Counted from the stretch's first letter, positions 47,428 through 59,738 are shown. The stretch: 64,000 nucleotides of DNA from Thecamonas trahens ATCC 50062 (GCF_000142905.1 NW_013657671.1:1-64000); one strand, 5' to 3'. Notes: generated by a model from the sequence alone, not told the origin. Made by a program: numbers and translations.

Positions 47428-48759
47428 ATGGTGCGACGAGGCGGGCGAAAGCGGCTTAAAGAGAGCCTCTGTGAGATGCGGGCAGAGCTTGCGGCAGCCA
47501 ATGCCCGGGCGGATGCGCTCGCGGTGCGGCTGGCAGACGAGCAGGCGGCGCATCAACGGACTGCGGCGGTGGGCGAGGCGAACAAGGCGCGAGCAGAGGC
47601 GATGGAGAGCAAGCTCAGCGCACTGCAGTCTGTAACAAGCCGGACCAATGAGATGGCGGCGAGCGAGAAGCGGGAGCTGCTCGATCGGATCGAGGCTCTG
47701 GTGGGGCGGCTGAAGACCGCGGAGCGGGCCGAGCTCGACGTCGCTGCGCTGACAAGCAAGTTGGCCGAGGTCCGGGGCGCTCTGGCGGCGCTCCGGGGCG
47801 CAGTGGCCCAGGTGCTCGCGTACGAAGCCGCGTTTAACGATGAGATGCTGGCGCACGATGCTGGGCGGCGAGTCATGCGCGAGGCCGAGGCGCGGGCGCG
47901 GGCGGCGCTGGCAGCGGACAACTCGGCGGACGACGGCGATGGCGGCGGTGAGGGCGGCGGGAGCGATCTCGACAGCAGAGGTAGCGGGGGGCAGTACTCG
48001 CTGGAGCGGATTCTGATGGGCCGCCGGGGAAAGGGGACAGCGAGGGCCGACCGGATCTCGGGCCTGGACCTGCTGCTGGAGGAGGAGGCATTCCTTCGCG
48101 CGTTACCGACCAAGGACCATCCGACGGCGGTGAAGGAGAACATCAAGCTGTTTCGCATCGCCATGCAGCAGCAGCACACCATCCATGATCTCGAGCGCAA
48201 GGTGGAGGATAGCGACGTGGCGACGGAAGCGCGGCTGAACGCGCGGGTTGTGGCGGCGCGATCGGCAGCCGATGCGCGGCGGCCGGTGCTTCGGCGGCTG
48301 CAAGCTACGCAGCAACGACTGTTCAAGGCCGAACACGCAGCCAAGGCTGCGGCCAAGCAGGTTGAGAGAGTACGTGGGCAGGAGGAGCGGTGGCGGACGT
48401 TTGCCCGAAACGCAAGCAAGGCTGCGGCCGAGCAGCGGGCGCGGCTGGAGCGGCAGATGGTGCAGCTGCGACGGGCTGCGGCGAGCGCGGCGGCGGCGTC
48501 GCGGTCGTCATCATCGACGACGCCGTACTCAATCCAAGGCATTGCAGCGCTGGCGGAGAACACGGCGAGCAGGCAGAGTGGAGTCGACGTGTCGGATCCG
48601 GGCGCAATCGGGTTTGTTATCGAGTCGGCTGCGGGCGGGGCGCTCCGAGCGCCAGCGCCGCCGTCTACTGGTGGCGGCGGGAGCGGGCCGCGGCGCGGGC
48701 GACGCATGGTGGCGGGGACTGGTGAGGCTATTGCGAGCGTGTCGGGATCGTGCGGATGA
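47428..48759 (+). CDS. Coiled-coil protein, unknown function
   Basis: Long A/E/R/L heptad-rich ORF. Confidence 0.7.
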   Translation: MVRRGGRKRLKESLCEMRAELAAANARADALAVRLADEQAAHQRTAAVGEANKARAEAMESKLSALQSVTSRTNEMAASEKRELLDRIEALVGRLKTAERAELDVAALTSKLAEVRGALAALRGAVAQVLAYEAAFNDEMLAHDAGRRVMREAEARARAALAADNSADDGDGGGEGGGSDLDSRGSGGQYSLERILMGRRGKGTARADRISGLDLLLEEEAFLRALPTKDHPTAVKENIKLFRIAMQQQHTIHDLERKVEDSDVATEARLNARVVAARSAADARRPVLRRLQATQQRLFKAEHAAKAAAKQVERVRGQEERWRTFARNASKAAAEQRARLERQMVQLRRAAASAAAASRSSSSTTPYSIQGIAALAENTASRQSGVDVSDPGAIGFVIESAAGGALRAPAPPSTGGGGSGPRRGRRMVAGTGEAIASVSGSCG

Positions 48760-49846
48760 CGTCGCCGAGCGAGATGACGCCGACAGGCATGCGCTTGTCG
48801 TCGACAACAAAGACGCGATGAAGGCCGGTGGAGGCAAACTTTGCAATGACGGTGCCGAGGGTGGCGGTTGGGCGGACTCCAACGACAGCCGGGAAGGTGA
48901 CAAGGTTCTGCATGCGCGAGGCCGAGACAAAGTCCATGATGGGCGCAAAAAGGGCGGTGAAGGAGAACGACTGCTGGTGGTCGGTCTCTTCGGTTCCCGA
49001 GCCGCGGAGGACTTTGAGATCACGGACCGAAACGACGGTGACGAGCGTGCCGTCGTTGCTGTCGACGATCGCGCACGAGGTGACTCCGTTGTCGACCATG
49101 GCCTTGAAGGCGTCTGCAGCGAGAGCGTTGTCCGGGACCGAGACAACGAGGTCTGGGCCCGAGACGAGGGCGAGGTCGGCGACGGTGGCGTTCATGAGGT
49201 CGGCGCCGGGGGCAAGCTTGTGGATGTTGAGCCAGCGGACAAGCCACGACTGTGAGATGATGCCTGTCACCTGGCCGTCGTTGTCTGTGACGCAGATGCG
49301 GCGGAGGCCGCGCTCGCCGAGCAGCCGCATGACGGCGAGGAGGGCGACGCCGTTGGGGACGGCGACAAACGGATTGAACGACGAGATGTTGGCGGCGTCG
49401 GCGAGTGAGCCGACAAAGATCGAGTCTGCCGAGCCTGTGAGCGAGGCGAGGTCAGTGAGCTTGGCCTGATCGAATGAGGTCATGGCGAGGTGGACGAGGT
49501 CGACCATGTCGATGAGCCCGAGGTACGCGCCGGACTGCGGATCGCGGATGGGCATGGAGAGAACGTTGTGGTGGACAAGGAGGTCAAAGGCGTCAAAGAC
49601 TGACCGGTCCGAGGTGATCTCGATCACCGTGTTCGGCTCAAACGGCAGGTCCGACGAGGTGGCAAAGATCTGGAACCGGCCGAGGTAGCGGTAGATGCGG
49701 GCGTCCTCCGAGGCGCCTGCCGGCGGGAGCTGCGAGACCGAGATCGGCGAGTCCTCGATCTCTGGGTCATGGATGTGGTACGCCGACTCGACGAGCCGGA
49801 GAATGTTGAGCGCAATGAGCGAGTTCGAGTTGGCGTCCTCAGACAT
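48728..49846 (-). CDS. Four-CBS-domain protein (AMPK-gamma/SDS23-like)
   Basis: HNVLSMPI...GLIDMVDL; LRRICV...GIISQS; VTSCAIVD...SVRDL; LHRVFVVD...GVISLGDVI. Confidence 0.9.
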   Translation of the reverse strand: MSEDANSNSLIALNILRLVESAYHIHDPEIEDSPISVSQLPPAGASEDARIYRYLGRFQIFATSSDLPFEPNTVIEITSDRSVFDAFDLLVHHNVLSMPIRDPQSGAYLGLIDMVDLVHLAMTSFDQAKLTDLASLTGSADSIFVGSLADAANISSFNPFVAVPNGVALLAVMRLLGERGLRRICVTDNDGQVTGIISQSWLVRWLNIHKLAPGADLMNATVADLALVSGPDLVVSVPDNALAADAFKAMVDNGVTSCAIVDSNDGTLVTVVSVRDLKVLRGSGTEETDHQQSFSFTALFAPIMDFVSASRMQNLVTFPAVVGVRPTATLGTVIAKFASTGLHRVFVVDDKRMPVGVISLGDVIRTIPTRSQ

Positions 49847-50337
49847 GGTGACGCGGCGGTCTGTAGCGAAGGAGGTGGGAGTGGCTACGGGTCAGTCACG
49901 GTCGCCGCTGCCGAAAATGTTGCGCTTTTATGGTCAACAGGGTCGGTGGCCCAGAGTGACCCGAGACAGCTGGGAGGGAGACCCGGACTTATCCACGGCC
50001 CTGACGCGCCAGAGGGTCCATGACAATCGCTGGGAGCGGGTGCAGGTGTGTGGCACACATGAATACGTACGATTAGTGGTGTAGGAGACGAGTGGATGTG
50101 AATGGATGGATGGCGTGGCTTGGCTGTGGTGAGTCGGGAGTGACTCAAAAGGAGGCGGTGGCTGGCTGGCACCGCCAGTGACTCGACCGCTGACTGAAAT
50201 CTCAACTGGCTGCCCGGTCTTGGCGTATGTATGCAGATGGTGATGGGATGGTGGTTTGAGGGGGTGGTGAGCAGGTGGAGTGGGATGGGTGGCCGGAGGG
50301 GTGGTGGGGGAGGTGGGGGTACTCACTCGACTCGACC

Positions 50338-51404
50338 ATGGCTGGAGCGGCGGAGAAGAAGCGTCTGCAGCGCAATGCAGAGGCCATGAAGATGTATATG
50401 GTGGGAACGGGTGTGAGTGCAGTACGTGTACCTGTGTGTGTGTGGGTGGGGGGGGTNNNNNNNNNNNNNNNNNNNNNNNNNNNNNNNNNNNNNNNNNNNN
50501 NNNNNNNNNNNNNNNNNNNNNNNNNNNNNNNNNNNNNNNNNNNNNNNNNNNNNNNNGAGAGGAGCTGCGTATACTGTATCTACGCACTGGATGCTCACGC
50601 GCAAAAAGTCATACTCCGTGCCCAGCAGTGACCGAGAACGTTTATGTGATGACCGCGGAGGTCCGGGGCCTTTCCCCTTATTCTCTTGTCTAGGCGTGCG
50701 TCGTGGGAGGGGGTCAACTACCAGTGACTCACCGATGGCGTGTTGGGGCATGGGGGTGGGCATGGTGATCGGTGATCGGCATGTGTCGTGCGGTGGGGTG
50801 TGGGGTGTGGTATATGGTATGGTATGGCGTGGTGTGGGCGGGGTGGCTGTTGTTGGCGGTGGTGATGAACGGCTGCCTCTGCCTTGGCCTCCCCCTCCAC
50901 CTCGGCTCGGCTCGACTCGCCTGCCACTGCCTATCTCTGCCTCTGGTCCCCGTATCGGCTCGGCTGCCTCTACATCTACATCTGCTGCTGCTCTTGGGGC
51001 ACCGAGGGCCACAGGCTGTCTTTGTCCTTGTCCGTCTCCTGTGGCTCGGCGGCATCGGCTCGACGTCGACACTGGCCATCTTTACAGTCACGATGGCAGT
51101 CGATGCCCTGCTCATCGCCCAGCTCAACAAGGTGTACGATATCTCCACGGGCGGCCTCTCCGAGTACTTTGCCGACGTGCTTTACCTCTCGTGGATCGCC
51201 CTTGTCGCCGCCTCGTACTCGATGCGTGCCTTCTGGGTCTTCATCACCATCCCCATATTTGCCTTGTACAAGCTTTGGACTTCGGTCATTGCCCCCTTGC
51301 TCTCCTCCTCGAGCGCCCCTGTCATCGAAGAGTCTCCCGCCGAGCGCAAGATCCGCGAGCGGAAGGAGCGCCGCAAGGAGCGTGCCCGCATGAAGCGCCA
51401 CTAG
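50338..51404 (+). CDS. TMEM208: TMEM208/SND2 (DUF788) ER protein; middle exons unresolved because of a gap
   Basis: MAGAAEKKRLQRN start; GGLSEYFADVLY...IPIFALYKLW and basic C-terminal tail. Confidence 0.8.
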
Positions 51405-51503
51405 CTGCGTAAAATACGCCCGATACCATGCCCACCACACCTGCTCCTGTCACATCAGCCGTCACACTCGCTGCCATCACCACCTGACTGTATCAGGAGC
51501 GCC

Positions 51504-52612
51504 ATGTCGGCGGGAGAGAGCCAAGACGAAGCCAGCTCGCACTACGACTCGGGCGGCGAGTCTCTCCCGGCAACAACCCTCGGGTACTCTTCGGACGAGC
51601 ACTTGTGGTGTGAGAGTGAGCGAGGAAGCAGCAGGAACTCGCGCGAGGTCCTTGTTGATGCTGCTGGTGACGTCGCGAGCGCGGGTCGGCGGCGGGTGGC
51701 GGCCAGCGGCGATGATGGAGGAGCTCGTTCGGGCTGTGGTCATTGGAAGATATTCTGGACTGAACACGCGCCGTTGTTGAGACAGCCTCGGGTGATGCGG
51801 AGGTTGGCTGCAGCCGTCGGGCTCTTTGTCGTGCTCTGCATCGTAGTCCTCGTGGCGGCGCAACAGGGTTGGATAGTCGCCATGCTCGAGTGGGAGAGAA
51901 CTCGGGCTGGCGAGGCATTGCCGTCTTGGCCAGTATCATCCTCGCTATCTCGCCGCCGTTGCCTATTGCCTTTGTATACTCTTTCACCGCACTCGGTGCG
52001 GCGTTCATATACGGCTTTCTCGGTGGGCTTGCCGTTATCGCCGCGGCTGCCACTGTCGGCACCGTGGTCTCGATCGCCGCCACCCGCCTGCTCCTCCGCG
52101 ACTGGTTGTACGCGTCGCTGGCAGCCAAGCCGACGCTGGCGTCGATCGTCGAGGCGCTCAACGCCCGCGGCTTTGTCCTCACATTTGTCTTTCGCCTCGC
52201 GCCGCTGCCGTATGGTCTTTCAAACGGCATCCTCGCTGTCGCCCGCCTCCCGTACCCGCTCACGCTCCTTGCCGCACTCGGCGGTTCGGCGCCCAAGCAG
52301 ATCATGCTCGCTGTTGTTGGCTCGCGGCTCTCGGCGCTGTCGGACGTCATCTCGTCGTCGTCGTCGTCGGATCCGCTCGAAATCTTTGCTCTTGCTCTGC
52401 AGATGACTGCGGCGTTGGCAACAATGGTCGCAGTCTCGTACCTCGCCAACAAAAGCATTGCGTCGGCGGTCCACGACTCGCAGCGGACCCGCGATGCGGA
52501 TAATCTCGTCGCTGTCGAGCTCGGCAACGACATCGATGAGCTGGGGACCGGCGAGTCGGAGGAGCTGGTGCTCGGCAGCATTGGCTCGCTTTCACTCTCG
52601 ATAGGGGGATAA
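51504..52612 (+). CDS. VTT/SNARE-associated (TVP38/TMEM64-like) membrane protein; frameshift at 51892-51894
   Basis: AFIYGFLGG...ATVG; FRLAPLPYGLSNG...ALGGSAP; the two frames join with one extra G. Confidence 0.85.
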
Positions 52613-52658
52613 CATGTTTATGTGGTGGAAGGAGCGTGTGACTTGCGGCACAGCCCAT

Positions 52659-54437
52659 CTAGCGGCGGGAGCCGCGGCCGCGCGAGCGCGACTTGTCAAA
52701 CGACGCAGTATAGCCCGTGTTTTCGACGACGTCGACGCGGCCAGCCTTGCCGCGACCCTTGCCGTCGGGCGTGAACCGTGACTTGTGTGCACCGGTGTAG
52801 CCCGAGGTGTCAGTGAGGCGATCAACGACCGACGAAGCCTTGCTGCCAACACGCTTGCTCGGGGCCTTGCCGCCGCGGCGCTTCTCGCGGTAAGCACCCA
52901 CGTATCCGTCGTTCTCGACGACGTCGACCCGCCCGGCCTTGCCGGCACCGGTCCCATCGGCCTTGAACCGGTGCTTGTGGGTCGCCGAGTACGTCGACGG
53001 ATCGGTGAGGCGGGCAGTGATGTCGGCAGCCTTGCCGCCGACACGCTTCGACACCTTGCCGTCCGACTTTTGCTTCTTGTACGACGACACGTAGCCGTCG
53101 TTCTCGACAACGTCGACTCTCCCGGCCTTGCCGGCACCACGCCCGTCTGCACGGAACCGGTGCTTGTGGGTCGCCGAGTACGTCGACGGATCGGTGAGGC
53201 GGGCAGTGATGTCGGCAGCCTTGCCGCCGACACGCTTCGACACCTTGCCGTCCGACTTTTGCTTCTTGTACGACGACACGTAGCCGTCGTTCTCGACAAC
53301 GTCGACCCGCCCGGCCTTACCGGCACCGGTCCCATCGGACTTGAATCGGTGCTTGTGGGTCGCCGAGTACGTCGACGGATCAGTGAGGCGGGCGGTGATG
53401 TCGGCAGCCTTGCTCCGGCCGCCCGAGCGCCCCGATGGAGACGGGCGAGAGCCGCGACCGCGACCAGACGGCGAGCCCCGACCGCGACCAGATGGTGAGC
53501 CACGCGAGCCTCTCCCGCGCGGGCTCCGACCACGAGTGGACGATGCCGGCGGAGCAGCGCCCGACGACGGCGACGTGCCAGCCGGACGGCGCCGACCACG
53601 CGAGCCGCCACGGGGCGAGCCACCACGGGCCGAGCCGCGGGAGCCGATACGAGCCCCAGTCACATAGCCATCATTCTCCACCAAACTGTCCTCACAACAA
53701 TGAACCGCGCAGTATGCCGTGAGTTGTGGCCTTCCCCCGGCGGTGCACCGGTGCCAGTGGCAATGACTCTGCCTCGGCACGTGCCGACAGCAAGTCATGG
53801 AACACGTCGCGAACAAAGGCGGTGGGTGGAGGAGGGGGGGGGGGCGAACCCGGGCGGTATGGGAGGACGGGTAGGGGAATGGTAATGGCAATCGCAGAAC
53901 ATGTGGAGTATTGTATGCACAACATGCATGTCGGGTTGATGGCTGTTGGGAGGGAGTATTGCGTGTGGTAGGAGGGGGGAGGGGGGTCAGGGGATGGTCG
54001 GCCAGGAGTCCGTTGCCAAAGCGAAGAATTTCGGCCGTTGGCCGTTCTTAGGCACACAGGGGAAGGACGGGAGGGGGGGGGGGGGGGGGGGGGGGGGGAC
54101 GGAGGGAGTGGGGAGTCGGACGTACGTCCATGGCGGCCAGCGACGGCCCTTGCCGAGGCAAGNNNNNNNNNNNNNNNNNNNNNNNNNNNNNNNNNNNNNN
54201 NNNNNNNNNNNNNNNNNNNNNNNNNNNNNNNNNNNNNNNNNNNNNNNNNNNNNNNNNNNNNNATAACGTGTCGGCGTGGGGGGGGGGGGGGGACGAGGGA
54301 TGGGGATCGACGTACTCCATGCGGCCAGCACGGCCCTTGCCACGGCCGGATGCATCGAAGCGCTCCTTGTGGGCACCAGTGTAGCCACTGGGATCGGTGA
54401 GACGATCAAAGATGTTGCCTCCCTTCTTCCCTGACAT
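52659..54437 (-). CDS. Protein with five partial p25alpha (TPPP/apicortin-type) repeats; exons 54437-54316 and 53685-52659
   Basis: RLTDxSxYxxxHKxRFxxxGxGxGxAGR...ENxGY five times; three central copies are near-identical 180-bp units. Confidence 0.88.
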
Positions 54438-54585
54438 TCTGCTGTTGGTATTCGGTGACAAGTGGGACAAGTGGGACGGTCTAGGACAGCGGGCGGAAGG
54501 AACTGATGACACACAACGGAAACAGGTTCGGTCGGTTGTCAACCGATTCAAGTTGGCCTGCCAGGTTGATGAGCTACGTCGCTGG

Positions 54586-55497
54586 CTACAGAAGGTGGAG
54601 ACGGCAGATGGCGCGGTACTGGTCGGGAAGCTCCATGAGGGCGGCGAGGGCAAAGGCCGCATCGGGGTTGCGTGCGCCAGCAGCTGCCTTGAGCACGGCA
54701 TCCATCTCGACAAACTGAAAGTTATCAAAGTCGCGAGCGGGGAGCCCGTCGTCAAACTCGTGCATCATGTCCCATGGCCCGTCGCCGACGCCGATGCAGA
54801 CAATGGAGAGCGGATGATGCGAGGCGTCGATGATGGCCTTGCGGGTCTCGCGCTCGTTGACCACTTGCCCATCGCAGACGATGACCAGGATGTGATACGC
54901 CCGCTCCTCGCGGACAATACCAATGGCTTGGTAAATGAGCGGTGCAAACGACGTCGGGCCCGAGAGCGTCAGCAGCGGCGTGACCTCGTTGTACGCGTGG
55001 AGCACGCCATTAAAGCCCTCGCAGGCAAGCCCGTCGGGCCTGAGCGGGAAGACGCCACGATCGCGAGTCCTCGAGTCGCCAAAGCCAAATGCCGGGATGA
55101 TGTTGTCGTCGTCAAAGTCGGCCAGGGTCCTGCCGATGACCTCGATAACCCGCTGGTACGGGTTCTTGACGTAGACCGGTGAGTCTGGCGCGTGCGAGAG
55201 ATCGATCCAGTGCAGCGACTTGCCGCCAAACGAAGCAGCGCCGTTGTAGACGTTGGACTTGGTGTAGTCGATGCCGATAATGAGCGACGATGACTCGAGG
55301 CCGGACTTTCTCAGCGCTTGCTGGACCTCTTCCAAGCTCCCGTACTTGTCAGCGATGGTCTCAAACCGATTGCTTCCATCGCCACTGCTCCCCGAGTTGC
55401 TTCCTGCCGACTGGCTGTTCCTTCCTCCCCGCAACAGGCGCAGGATGACCATGATGACCACCAGGCCAATGGCCACCCACATTCCGTCAATCTCCAT
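54586..55497 (-). CDS. RGLG-type copine/vWA protein with N-terminal TM and no RING
   Basis: [63 protein letters not shown]. Confidence 0.93.
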   Translation of the reverse strand: MEIDGMWVAIGLVVIMVILRLLRGGRNSQSAGSNSGSSGDGSNRFETIADKYGSLEEVQQALRKSGLESSSLIIGIDYTKSNVYNGAASFGGKSLHWIDLSHAPDSPVYVKNPYQRVIEVIGRTLADFDDDNIIPAFGFGDSRTRDRGVFPLRPDGLACEGFNGVLHAYNEVTPLLTLSGPTSFAPLIYQAIGIVREERAYHILVIVCDGQVVNERETRKAIIDASHHPLSIVCIGVGDGPWDMMHEFDDGLPARDFDNFQFVEMDAVLKAAAGARNPDAAFALAALMELPDQYRAICRLHLL

Positions 55498-55679
55498 TCT
55501 CTCTCTTGTCCGGGATGTGTGGAGTGTATGTACGTGTGAGTGTGGGTGGGTGAGTGGAGTGTTGGTCTCTGCGCCTGGCTGACCTGGTTCCACTTGTGGC
55601 AGCCATCTGTTCAGTGGTGAGGTCACAGTATTGCGAGACGGCACGGCGCCTGCACAACGCGGCAGGTCATGGTTGTTAC

Positions 55680-58600
55680 TCACGAGCGGCGGAACATCTT
55701 GGGCGTCCACGAAGCTGCGGCCTTGAGTTTGGCCTTGGCTGCCTGGGTCTCGGCTGGCTCAAACTCGAGCATGGTGGCGATGACCTCGATCATGGCGTCG
55801 CGGCCCTTGTCCTGGGTCATAAAGCCGAGTACGGCTTCCTTGAGGTACTTCTGGCGGACAGCGGTGTCAGCGTGCTCAGGTGCCGCAGTCGGCACGATGA
55901 CCATGGGGGTCGATGGTGTTGGCGGCGCCTCGTACACTGGGGTGATAGTGGCCGGTGGCGATGCTGGCGGAGACGGTGGGCGGTTGGCCGCAGCACGGAG
56001 CGAGTCGAGCTCGGCAGTGAGCATCATGACCTGCTCGCGGAGCTCCTCGGGTGAAACATCCATCGCGGCAGCATGCGCCGATGGATCGGTCATCTTGCCG
56101 TGAAGTTCCTTCCGCAACACGTCTAGCTTGCGTGTCAGTGCTGTCGACTCGAGCTCGGCGGCCTTGACCGCTGTCTGCGCGTCCTCGAGCTGCGCCTGTA
56201 AGTCGGCCGCCACCGCATCGTGCTCTTCAGTGAGCTCGGTGACTGCAGCAGCTGCGCGAGAGTCAGCCGACACCAGAGAGGCATCGAGCTCCGCGATGCG
56301 GGCGTCGGCGGTCGCGAGGCGGGTGGTGGCGTCGGCGAGTGAGGTCTCGAGCTCGGCGATGCGGGCGTCGGCGGTCGCGAGGCGGGTGGTGGCGTCGGCG
56401 AGCGAGGTCTCGAGCTCGGCGATGCGGGCGTCGGCGGTCGCGAGGCGGGTGGTGGCGTCGGCGAGCGAGGTCTCGAGCTCGGCGATGTGGGCATCAGCGG
56501 TCGCGAGGCGGGTGGTGGCGTCGGCAACGGTGGTTTCCGCTTCAGCAAGAGAGGCCTCGAGGGCGGATGTACGCTTGGCAGACGACGAGCGCAGCTCACG
56601 CAGACTTTCGGCCAGGGCGTCGCGGTCCGAGGTGAGCGACGCTATCTGGTCATCCTGCCCCGAAATGATGTCGCGTGCCTTGGCAAGCGAGGTCTTGGCC
56701 TTGGTGTCAAGGATTGCGTAGGCCTCGTTGGCAGCCGTGAGATCGGCTGTTGCCGACGCCAACTTGTTTCCAGCTCGGCCGACTGCTCCTTGGCCGCAGT
56801 AGTCTCCGCCTTGGCCCTGGCCAGCTGGGCCTCGAGCTCAGTCACTTGAGCAGATGCTGCCTCGGACGCAGCCGCGAGCTGGGCCTCGAGCTCAGCTGAC
56901 TGCTCCTTGGCCGCAGTAGTCTCCGCCTTGGCCCTGGCCAGCTGGGCCTCGAGCTCAGTCACCTGAGCAGATGCTCCCTCGGACGCAGCCGCGAGCTGGG
57001 CCTCGAGCTCGGCCGACTGTTCCTTGGCCGCAGTAGTCTCCGCCTTGGCCCTGGCCAGCTGGGCCTCGAGCTCAGTCACCTGAGCAGATGCTCCCTCGGA
57101 CGCAGCAGCGAGCTGGGCCTCGAGCTCGGCCGACTGTTCCTTGGCCGCAGTAGTCTCCGCCTTGGCCCTGGCCAGCTGGGCCTCGAGCTCAGTCACCTGA
57201 GCAGATGCTCCCTCGGACGCAGCAGCGAGCTGGGCCTCGAGCTCGGCCGACTGCTCCTTGGCCGCAGTAGTCTCCGCCTTGGCCCTGGCCAGCTGGGCCT
57301 CGAGCTCAGTCACCTGAGCAGATGCTCCCTCGGACGCAGCCGCGAGCTGGGCCTCGAGCTCGGCCGACTGTTCCTTGGCCGCAGTAGTCTCCGCCTTGGC
57401 CGTGGCCAGCTGGGCCTCGAGCTCAGTCACCTGAGCAGATGCTCCCTCGGACGCAGCAGCGAGCTGGGCCTCGAGCTCAGTCACCTGAGCAGATGCTGCC
57501 TCGGACGCAGCCGCGAGCTGGGCTTCAAGGTCCGCAGTGCGGACGTCGGCCTCGGTCAGCTGGGTTTCAAAGGCCACAACCTGGCCGTTAACTGCAGTGG
57601 TCTCAGACTGGGCTGTGGCGAGCTGGGCCTCAAGCTCGGAGGCTTGATCCTTAGCCGCGGCGAGCTGGATCTCGGCCTCGGCGCGGGTCTGCTCGAGCTC
57701 CTGATCCAGCTCACGCACACGCGCTTGCTCCATCAGCAACTCTCGGCGGAGCGCCTCCTTCTCGCCGCGAGCTTTTTCCAGCTCGGAAGCCATGCTTGCT
57801 AGCTGTGCTGAGTCGTCAGCACGCGCATTCGCAAGATCAGCCTCCAGCTCGGTCACCCGGGCATCCTGGAGCTCACTGTCTGCGCGTACACTTGCGAGCC
57901 TGTGCTCCATCGCGGAAACCTGCGCCTGCAGCTCCTTGTTTTCGTCGCGCAGGTCGCGAATTCGCGACCCAGCGTCACTCAGCTCGGCTTGGATCGCGGT
58001 CATAGCGGCGTCTGCCTCAACAGCACCAGCAACACCAGCATCGCGTTCGGTAACAACGGCTTGCAGCTGCTCCTCCAGCCCATTTTTCACCTCTTCGATG
58101 CCATCTAGCCTCAACTGAAGCTCTGAGTATGCCGCCTCGGACTCACGTTGCTTCTTCTCAAGCGCCGCACTTTCAGCCTCGACAGCTGCCAGCTTGTCCT
58201 CCAGCTCAGCCCGCTCAGCCTCGACGGCTTCCAACTTCTGATGGAGCTCGGAATCAGCGGTGTGCAGCACGCCCTGCATCTCGGCCCGTTCAGCCTCGGC
58301 AGCTGCCAGCTTGCTCTCCAGCTCGACTTGCTCAGCTTCAGCAGCTGCCAGCTTCTGCTGGAACTCGGCCTCGGCAGCTGCCAGCTTGTTCGCCAGCTCG
58401 GCCCGCTCAGCCTCGACGGCTTCCAACTTCTGATGGAGCTCGGAATCAGCGGTGTGCAGCACGCCCTGCATCTCGGCCCGTTCAGCCTCGGCAGCTGCCA
58501 GCTTGCTCTCCAGCTCGACTTGCTCAGCTTCAGCAGCTGCCAGCTTCTGCTGGAACTCGGCCTCGACAGCTGCCAGCTTGTCCTCCAGCTCGGCCCGCTC

Positions 58601-59406
58601 AACATCAACCAAGCTACCCTCGCTCCCACCCGCTCCAACTTTCAGCTGCTGTTGAAGCGCGACGTTTGCAGCCGACAGATCGCGAATCCGGCGGTCCTGC
58701 TCCTCGATGATGGACTTGGCCTTTCCGAGCGAGCTGGACGTCCGCTCCTTGAGTGCGGCATTCTCCGCCTCCAAAGCTGCAATCTCGGCAGCATTGCTCG
58801 CCCCCGATCCCTCGCCGCTCTGGACCTTCTCCGTAAGGTTGACGATCTCCTGCCGCAGAGCGTGCTCGACCGTCATGTGCTGCCGCTGATACTCATCGAG
58901 CATCTCCCTGAGCTCTGCCACCGATCGGAACTCCCCAGCCGGGAGAAAGTCCGACACCGCCGCCACCACACCAGCTCTTGCCGTCTTGACCTTGCGGTAT
59001 CTTGTGGCAAGCATGGCATACTGCTGCGACTTTGCCTGGGCGTACGCCACCACCACCTGCCGCGGCGCCGACTTGACCGAATACCCCTGCTGCGCCAGTG
59101 CCTTCTCAAAGTCATTCTGTCTCCGCATACACACACACACACACGTACACACCATCCCCGTCAACATACCAAGCCACATACCACATCCCGATGTGTCCCC
59201 CAACCCCCCCCCCCCCATATACCATCACCAGTGAGTGGGTCGCCACCCTCTCCCCGCCCTCCACACATAGGCAGCCCATGACCACTACGGACACGTACAT
59301 CCCCCAGCGCACGTACCTCGGCAGACGAAAGCAACGCGCCTCCGTCCTCGCCCCCCATGCTCGAGTCGTCGTCTGCTATGAGCCGCGCTTTGAGCTTCTG
59401 GAACAT
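55680..59406 (-). CDS. GRIP-domain golgin; intron 59117-59316, frameshift near 56765
   Basis: MFQKLK start, ~1100 aa of coiled coil, C-terminal YLKEAVLGFM...VIATMLEFEPAE followed by a W. Confidence 0.85.
56285..58600 (-). repeat. Coding tandem repeats in the golgin: 63-bp (56285-56525), 120-bp (56770-57520), 180-bp (58180-58600)
   Basis: Directly visible repeat units. Confidence 0.9.
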
Positions 59407-59738
59407 GTCCGAGGTTCGCGCCAAGTGTGCCGAGTCGCCGCTCACCTGCTGCCACCGCACACTCGCCGCAGAGCCCACCAGCCAGCTTGTGAGTCGGAGA
59501 CGCGGCTGAGGCTGTGCAAGACCATCGGTGCTTGGATTTGTCGAACATGATGGGCATTTGATGGTTCTCGAACAATCACATTCAATGGCTTGGTACTCGT
59601 CATATATACCTCGGATCACCTCGCGCGGATATTGCGGCCATCGCGGCTATCGCGCGCAAGCTCAGATCCTTGTGGGCGCTCGTAGGGCTCCAGTTGCGAC
59701 GGTTGGTACCAGCCATGCTATGCAATTCATGCATGGTC

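Noticed and set aside
54095-54162. Sixth p25alpha exon
   Set aside because: Indel-ridden copy of the exon 1/intron boundary at 54300-54345, lying at a gap edge; probably a low-quality overlapping contig end.
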